In this document: one piece after another, positions 58,513-64,000 of the stretch
Position numbering within the stretch: position 1 is the first letter of the stretch
How the letters are laid out: the number at the start of each line of letters is the position of its first letter
IMG/VR virus record: IMGVR_UViG_3300020463_000001
Location: 64,001-128,000 of that record
Strand: one strand, 5' to 3'
DNA length: 64,000 nucleotides
Source: a virus
Lineage: Duplodnaviria; Caudoviricetes
Made by a program: the position numbers and the translations under genes
Notes under the pieces: model-generated
What the model was told of the DNA's origin: nothing
What the model saw: the letters and a program-made list of their open reading frames with translations, nothing else
The model's database searches: none

Positions 58513-59532
58513 ATGAAAGAATTGACGCTGAGTGAAGACTCAATAAACTACTTGGATGATTATTACAATCTTGATGGCGAGAAGTTAACATCGAAATATG
58601 AATGTAACTTTCCCATCAAGGTTGATAATAATTTCGCATTCTCCCTCAATTATGATAACAAAGGGGGGTTCTGTATTGGAAACAAAAAAGAATCTCTTTT
58701 CTTCTATTCTCCAAATGACAAGATAGAGTACAAATACAGAACTCGCAATACTAACACATTTGGAACTTTTTTTCAAGAGAAACAAAAGACAAATACTTTC
58801 CCGATAGTATTCAACAATACCATATCACTTCTCAACTATAGTCACGCAAGAAAGAAAGCTTGGATTAATTCCTCTAGTCTTAAAATAGATTCTCTGGTGG
58901 AATCAAAAACTGCGATCTTTGGAAAGAGTTATTATAACTTTTTTATCACTCAAAGTGAAATCATAATTGTTTCTAATAATTTCCAATCCGCAAGAAAGAT
59001 TAAATTAAGAAACAAAATAATCAAGAATGTAGAGATAGGAACTAAAGAAGAGAATAAGATCTCTCTGGTTATCAATACTAATCTGGGCGTATGTATCTTT
59101 GATGTGTCTATCCCCAGATTTGCATTCAAGGATAAGAAGTTCTTCTTTGGAGATTACGAAGTATCTATCAACTCAAATAACGAGATATTCTTATACGACA
59201 ATCAAAGCTCTAAGTATACCAAATTAGATCACTACACATATTCTTCTAATTATAAGAACCAACGATTCTATCCGGTATGCCTTGGTAATAATGTATCGTA
59301 TTTTTCCGAAAGACAGAATATACTATTTGAAGAAGATCCGGATCTTGAGTTTAATGTTGAAGGTATGTTTTTCCAGAGAATGAAAGAATTTCCTATGGAG
59401 GAATTTCCTGTCAATGCTCGTATAGAGAAGATAGATCTCAACGAAGAAACCTTCGAAAAACATCAAATAAACCTAGACTCTGAGGTTATTAAGTTTCCTT
59501 TTTATAAACCAAGGAAAAGAAGGAAATCCTAA
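58513..59532 (+). CDS. Hypothetical protein (K/N/F-rich orphan)
   Basis: 339 aa ORF filling the gap between two late promoters; no recognisable motif; basic C-terminus KPRKRRKS. Confidence 0.6.
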   Translation: MKELTLSEDSINYLDDYYNLDGEKLTSKYECNFPIKVDNNFAFSLNYDNKGGFCIGNKKESLFFYSPNDKIEYKYRTRNTNTFGTFFQEKQKTNTFPIVFNNTISLLNYSHARKKAWINSSSLKIDSLVESKTAIFGKSYYNFFITQSEIIIVSNNFQSARKIKLRNKIIKNVEIGTKEENKISLVINTNLGVCIFDVSIPRFAFKDKKFFFGDYEVSINSNNEIFLYDNQSSKYTKLDHYTYSSNYKNQRFYPVCLGNNVSYFSERQNILFEEDPDLEFNVEGMFFQRMKEFPMEEFPVNARIEKIDLNEETFEKHQINLDSEVIKFPFYKPRKRRKS

Positions 59533-59535
59533 AAA

Positions 59536-59543
59536 TATAAATA
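59536..59543 (+). promoter_or_regulatory. T4-type late promoter (TATAAATA)
   Basis: Exact motif before the AGGAG RBS of gp13. Confidence 0.82.
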
Positions 59544-59567
59544 CTCTTATAGAATAGGAGTATTAGT

Positions 59568-60317
59568 ATGTCTGCAATAACCAGCAGAAGCGAATTCAAA
59601 GAATACTGTCTCAGAAAATTAGGCAAACCTGTCATCCAGATAAACATAGCCGACGAACAAGTCGATGATCGTGTTGATGATGCATTTGAACATTATCGCG
59701 ACTATCACTATGATGCGGTAGAAAAGGTTTATCTGAAACATCAAGTTACTCAAGATAATATCACAAACGGATACATCGAACTTAACGATGCGATTGTTGG
59801 TGTCAAAAGAGTTCTTCCTTTATTTGATAAGACAGACGGATATTCTAAAAGTTTCTTTGATGTTCGTTATCAAATGCACCTCAACGAAATTTATGATCTT
59901 AAAAGTATGGAGTTGTTGACTTATGAACTCACACAGTCACATCTTCAGTTAGTTAATGATATGATCACAGGAAGAGTGCCGATTAGATTTAATCGTCACC
60001 AAAATCGTTTATTCTTAGATATAGACTGGGAGGAGAGTCTGGATGTTGATGAATATCTAATTGTAGAAGTGTATCGTGTTTTGGATCCGGATACTTATAC
60101 GGATGTTTGGAATGACAGATGGTTGAAGAGATACGCAACTGCACTTATAAAGAAGCAATGGGGAGAGAATCTATCGAAGTACGAAGGAATTCAAATGCCT
60201 GGCGGCATGACATTTAGTGGGACAAGAATCTTGGACGAAGCAAACCAAGAGATAACTCAACTTGAGGAAGAGATGTCTACTAACTACGAATTACCTGTAG
60301 ATTTCTTGGTAGGTTAA
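59568..60317 (+). CDS. gp13: Neck protein gp13
   Basis: EFKEYCLRKLGKPVIQINIADEQVDDRVDDA; WLKRYATALIKKQWGENLSKYEGIQMPGG; YELPVDFLVG. Confidence 0.95.
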   Translation: MSAITSRSEFKEYCLRKLGKPVIQINIADEQVDDRVDDAFEHYRDYHYDAVEKVYLKHQVTQDNITNGYIELNDAIVGVKRVLPLFDKTDGYSKSFFDVRYQMHLNEIYDLKSMELLTYELTQSHLQLVNDMITGRVPIRFNRHQNRLFLDIDWEESLDVDEYLIVEVYRVLDPDTYTDVWNDRWLKRYATALIKKQWGENLSKYEGIQMPGGMTFSGTRILDEANQEITQLEEEMSTNYELPVDFLVG

Positions 60318-60318
60318 C

Positions 60319-61179
60319 ATGGCTGTCAATCAATACTTTAATCAGACAAGTCTAGCATCTGAACAAAATCTTTTGGAGGATTTGGTCGTTGAGTCTATTC
60401 AGATTCATGGTCAGAACTTCTATTATATAGAAAGAACTGAAGTTAACTCTGATACTGTATTCAACGAAGCAACTCTAAGTGAATTCAATACCGCATATCT
60501 GGTAGAGATGCATATAGAAGATACAGATGGATTTGCTGGTGAAGGAGACTTTCTTTCTAAGTTTGGTCTAGAAGTACGAGACCAATTAAATGTTATTGTA
60601 TCAAAGAAAAGATTCACAGAAGCAACCAGTAAAACAATTCCTTTATCTGGAGACTTAATATATTTCCCTTTAGTTGATAGGTGTTTCGAAATTCAATTTG
60701 TCGAAGATGAAGTGCCATTCTATCAACTTGGCAAAATGTATGTATTCAGATTGTCAACAGAGCTCTTCGAATACTCACACGAATCATTTGATACTGGTGT
60801 TGCAGAGATAGACGATATCGGAACTGAGAATACAACATTCAGTGTAGACCTAACTTTTGGAACTGGAACTGGAGAATTTTCTGTAGGTGAGACTATCTAT
60901 CAGGGAGCAGATCTTGCAAACGCAACTGCAACAGGAGAAGTAATCTCTTGGAACTCTGGAACTAATGTTCTGAGAGTTGGTTCACTTACCGGAACATTCG
61001 CACAGAATACAAATACAATCGGTGCAACCTCGTCAGCAGATTATCTCTTAGGTGCGACACAACAAATAACTTATATAGAAACAACAGAAAATGTAGTAGA
61101 TAATAGTTCAGATTTCTCTGGAACTGCTGACACAGTTATCGATTTTTCAGTCACCAATCCATTCAGTGAGAGTTACTAA
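60319..61179 (+). CDS. gp14: Neck protein gp14
   Basis: EQNLLEDLVVESIQIHG; GFAGEGDFLSKFGLEVRD; FYQLGKMYVFRLSTELFEYSHE; IDFSVTNPF. Confidence 0.95.
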   Translation: MAVNQYFNQTSLASEQNLLEDLVVESIQIHGQNFYYIERTEVNSDTVFNEATLSEFNTAYLVEMHIEDTDGFAGEGDFLSKFGLEVRDQLNVIVSKKRFTEATSKTIPLSGDLIYFPLVDRCFEIQFVEDEVPFYQLGKMYVFRLSTELFEYSHESFDTGVAEIDDIGTENTTFSVDLTFGTGTGEFSVGETIYQGADLANATATGEVISWNSGTNVLRVGSLTGTFAQNTNTIGATSSADYLLGATQQITYIETTENVVDNSSDFSGTADTVIDFSVTNPFSESY

Positions 61180-61931
61180 TGTTAGGCATAACCCCACAAT
61201 ATAGAGGAACTCTTCGAAACTATATTATAGGATTCGGTTCTCTCTTTGATGACATAGATATCCAGAGAAAAGATTCTTCTGGGAATGTTACGAGTATTAT
61301 AAGAGTACCACTTTCGTATGGGCCTGCCCAAAAGTATATCTCTAGAATTAACTCAGAGAGTAGTGATGTCGCAGTAGTTCTTCCCAGAATGAGTTTTGAG
61401 ATATCTGGCATCAGTTATGACTCAGGAAGAAAACTTAATAAGATGTCTGGATATACTGGTGCTCATACTCCAGAGGGAAGTAAAACATTTGTTTACAATC
61501 CTGTTCCTTGGGATATATCTTTGACGCTTTCTTTATTAGTAAAGAATGCAGAGGATGGTACACAGATATTAGAACAGATACTCCCTTTCTTTACTCCTTC
61601 CTTTATAGTACCTATAAAAGAAGTAGAAGAATTAGATATAGTAAGAGATACTCCAGTCATATTGGATTCAGTAGATGTTCAAGATACATATGAAGGAGAC
61701 TACTTAACAAGAAGAGTTTTAGAGTGGACTCTAGGTTTTACACTCAAAGGATATCTATATGGTTCTCAGGATAATAAGAAGACAATCAAAAAATCAACTG
61801 CGAAGATTGTCAATATAGATACAAACAGAGATTTTTCTCAACAAGAATATGAAATAGATCCTACTACTGCCACAGAACTTGATGATTATGGATTTGGCAC
61901 AAGTATAACAGAGTTTAATAATGAAGACTAA
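61179..61931 (+). CDS. gp15: Tail sheath stabiliser/completion protein gp15
   Basis: IIGFGSLFDDI; RVPLSYGPAQKY; LPRMSFEI; QILEQILPFFTP; YEGDYLTRRVLEWTLGFTLKGYLYG. Confidence 0.95.
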   Translation: MLGITPQYRGTLRNYIIGFGSLFDDIDIQRKDSSGNVTSIIRVPLSYGPAQKYISRINSESSDVAVVLPRMSFEISGISYDSGRKLNKMSGYTGAHTPEGSKTFVYNPVPWDISLTLSLLVKNAEDGTQILEQILPFFTPSFIVPIKEVEELDIVRDTPVILDSVDVQDTYEGDYLTRRVLEWTLGFTLKGYLYGSQDNKKTIKKSTAKIVNIDTNRDFSQQEYEIDPTTATELDDYGFGTSITEFNNED

Positions 61932-62385
61932 AAGTGTGGACGAAAAACTCAACGATTTTCTTGGAATCGAAACTGAGATAAAAGAAACATCTCAGGAGTT
62001 AGTTGTGAGAGCCAATAATGATATACAAGAATATCAAGAAGAGAAAGATGAACAACGTCAAAAAGATATTGAGAATGATTATGATTTTCATCGTCACAAT
62101 CTACATGACTTAGTAGAGAAAGGTCAGGACACTCTGAATAATCTCATCGAACTTGCAAAACAGAGTGAACATCCAAGAGCATACGAAGTAGTAGGTCAAT
62201 TGATGAAAACTACTGGAGATCTCACAAAAGATCTCATAGAACTTCAAGTCACTATGAACAAGATACAAAATACAAAAGAAGGTGGGCCAAGTAAAGTAGT
62301 GAACAACAATGCAGTCTTTGTCGGTAATACAAATGACTTATTAGAAGTTATTAAAGGTAAGAACAGAGTTATAGATCATGAGTGA
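61921..62385 (+). CDS. gp16: Terminase small subunit gp16
   Basis: LIELAKQSEHPRAYEVVGQLMKT; NNNAVFVGNTNDLL; overlaps gp15 and gp17. Confidence 0.93.
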   Translation: MKTKSVDEKLNDFLGIETEIKETSQELVVRANNDIQEYQEEKDEQRQKDIENDYDFHRHNLHDLVEKGQDTLNNLIELAKQSEHPRAYEVVGQLMKTTGDLTKDLIELQVTMNKIQNTKEGGPSKVVNNNAVFVGNTNDLLEVIKGKNRVIDHE

Positions 62386-64000
62386 TGTCTATTTAAATAA
62401 TCCTAATCTCAAAAATGCGGGGGTTGAAATTCAATGGACTCAGGAACAGGCACAAGAATATGTTAAGTGTTTAGAAGATCCAGTATATTTCATTAAGACA
62501 TATATGAAGATTGTAAACCTAGACACTGGTCTGGTTCCATTTGAGTTATATCCATTTCAAGAAAAAATGATTCAGACTTTCCATGAGGAGAGATTTACTA
62601 TATGTAAGATTGGAAGACAGTCCGGAAAGTCTATTACTTGTATTGCTTTCTTCCTTCATTATATACTCTTTAATAAAGATGTATCTGTTGCTCTTCTTGC
62701 AAACAAACTTGCAACTGCGAGAGAACTTCTTGGTAGATTGCAAAGAGCATACGAGAATCTTCCTCTTTGGTTGCAACAAGGAGTGTTGGTCTGGAACAAG
62801 ACTAATATAGAGTTGGAGAACGGTGCGAAGATAATGGCTGCTGCGACTTCATCCTCTGCTATAAGAGGTGGATCATTCAACATTCTATTCTTGGACGAAT
62901 TTGCGTTTGTTCCAAATGAAATTGCAGAAGAGTTTTTCAACTCAGTATATCCTACAATTTCTTCTGGAGAATCTACAAAAGTTATTATTGTATCTACTCC
63001 ACAAGGTATGAATCATTTCTATAAACTCTGGAATGATTCAGTTCAAAATACTAATTCTTATAAATCTATAGAAGTTCACTGGTCTGAGGTTCCCGGCCGG
63101 GATGAAGAATGGAAAGAACAAACAATTAAGAATACTTCTGAAGAACAATTTCGACAGGAGTTTGAGACTGAGTTTCTAGGTAGTACTAATACTCTTATTA
63201 ATACTGCGAAGTTAAAAAATCTTTCCTACAATACACCAATAAAGATGACTCGTAATGGAACCGTGAAAATATATGAGGAGCCACAAGAAGAAAGTACATA
63301 CTTTATTACTGTAGATGTAAGTAGAGGAAGAGGTCAGGATTATTCTGCATTATCGATATTTGACGCATCAGAAGTACCTTATAAGCAAGTCGCAACATTC
63401 AGATCTAATGAAATGCCTCCTATGGTATATCCGACACTTATAAAAGGACTAGCAGTTGAGTATAATGATGCGTATATACTAGTAGAGATTAATGACGTAG
63501 GACAACAGGTTAGTGATATTTTATACCATGATCTTGAGTACGAAAACATGATTTCGATTCATAACGATACTCGTAAAGGCCAGTCGATTAGTTCTGGTTT
63601 TGGTAAAGCCTTTACACTGGGAATCAGAACAACCAAGGCCACCAAAAAAATTGGTTGTTTTAACATGAAGAGTTTGGTCGAAGAAGACAAGATGATAATT
63701 AACGACTTCGATACCATAAACGAATTGACAACTTTTGTTTCAAAAGGACACAAATACGAAGCAGAAAATGGTAAGACAGATGACATGGTAGACACTGTGA
63801 TGTTATTCTCTTGGATGGTCACAGATCATTACTTCAGAGAACTGTCCGATTTAGACACCAGAAAGGAGATTTACGAAGAAAGAATTCGTATGTTAGAGGA
63901 GAATATGACGCCGTTTGGATACATTCAAGATGGTGCAGAAATTGGCAATTTTTCAGACGATGAAGGACAAGTCTGGCAAGTTGTTGAAAATAGTCTTTAA
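62378..64000 (+). CDS. gp17: Terminase large subunit gp17
   Basis: Walker A GRQSGKS; Walker B ILFLDEFAFV; IIVSTPQGMNHFY; nuclease YFITVDVSRGRGQDYSA; DDMVD. Complete to the TAA at 63998-64000. Confidence 0.97.
   Translation: MSDVYLNNPNLKNAGVEIQWTQEQAQEYVKCLEDPVYFIKTYMKIVNLDTGLVPFELYPFQEKMIQTFHEERFTICKIGRQSGKSITCIAFFLHYILFNKDVSVALLANKLATARELLGRLQRAYENLPLWLQQGVLVWNKTNIELENGAKIMAAATSSSAIRGGSFNILFLDEFAFVPNEIAEEFFNSVYPTISSGESTKVIIVSTPQGMNHFYKLWNDSVQNTNSYKSIEVHWSEVPGRDEEWKEQTIKNTSEEQFRQEFETEFLGSTNTLINTAKLKNLSYNTPIKMTRNGTVKIYEEPQEESTYFITVDVSRGRGQDYSALSIFDASEVPYKQVATFRSNEMPPMVYPTLIKGLAVEYNDAYILVEINDVGQQVSDILYHDLEYENMISIHNDTRKGQSISSGFGKAFTLGIRTTKATKKIGCFNMKSLVEEDKMIINDFDTINELTTFVSKGHKYEAENGKTDDMVDTVMLFSWMVTDHYFRELSDLDTRKEIYEERIRMLEENMTPFGYIQDGAEIGNFSDDEGQVWQVVENSL

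Noticed and set aside
2176-63822. Numerous short minus-strand and alternate-frame ORFs in the track (60-150 aa)
   Set aside because: All lie within long, motif-supported + strand genes, lack RBS or promoter support and read as shadow translations.
62378-64000. Intron, intein or homing endonuclease in terminase
   Set aside because: gp17 is continuous, of normal length (540 aa) and has all motifs in order.
1-64000. Alternative genetic code (stop-codon reassignment)
   Set aside because: Standard code gives full-length, densely packed genes; TAA, TAG and TGA all occur at gene ends.

Overview
The window is a continuous, entirely + strand virion-morphogenesis region of a large T4-like myovirus. 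The gene style resembles marine cyanophage/pelagiphage-type T4-likes; the host cannot be inferred. It runs from the 3' part of baseplate wedge gp6, through gp7, gp8 and a VrlC/DUF4815-type protein, to neck gp13/gp14, tail completion gp15 and the small and large terminases (gp16/gp17). It is punctuated by T4 late-promoter boxes (TATAAATA) and at least two intrinsic terminators. Between VrlC and gp13, where T4 has gp9-gp12/wac, lies an approximately 46 kb island of about 20 mostly unannotatable fibre/adhesin-like genes plus a gp5.4-type PAAR gene. The most striking structures in the island are: (i) six consecutive paralogs sharing an internally duplicated helical N-terminal module but carrying different or no C-terminal cargo, splitting 3+3 into two shaft types; (ii) four large paralogs (658-1998 aa) sharing a split conserved core; (iii) a very acidic protein with 31 consecutive 14-residue units in unbroken register; and (iv) a fibritin-like protein whose central domain is flanked by an in-frame DNA direct repeat. 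No RNA genes, CRISPR arrays, reverse transcriptase, recombinase, introns or inteins were seen. All homology calls come from motif recognition, not database searches.
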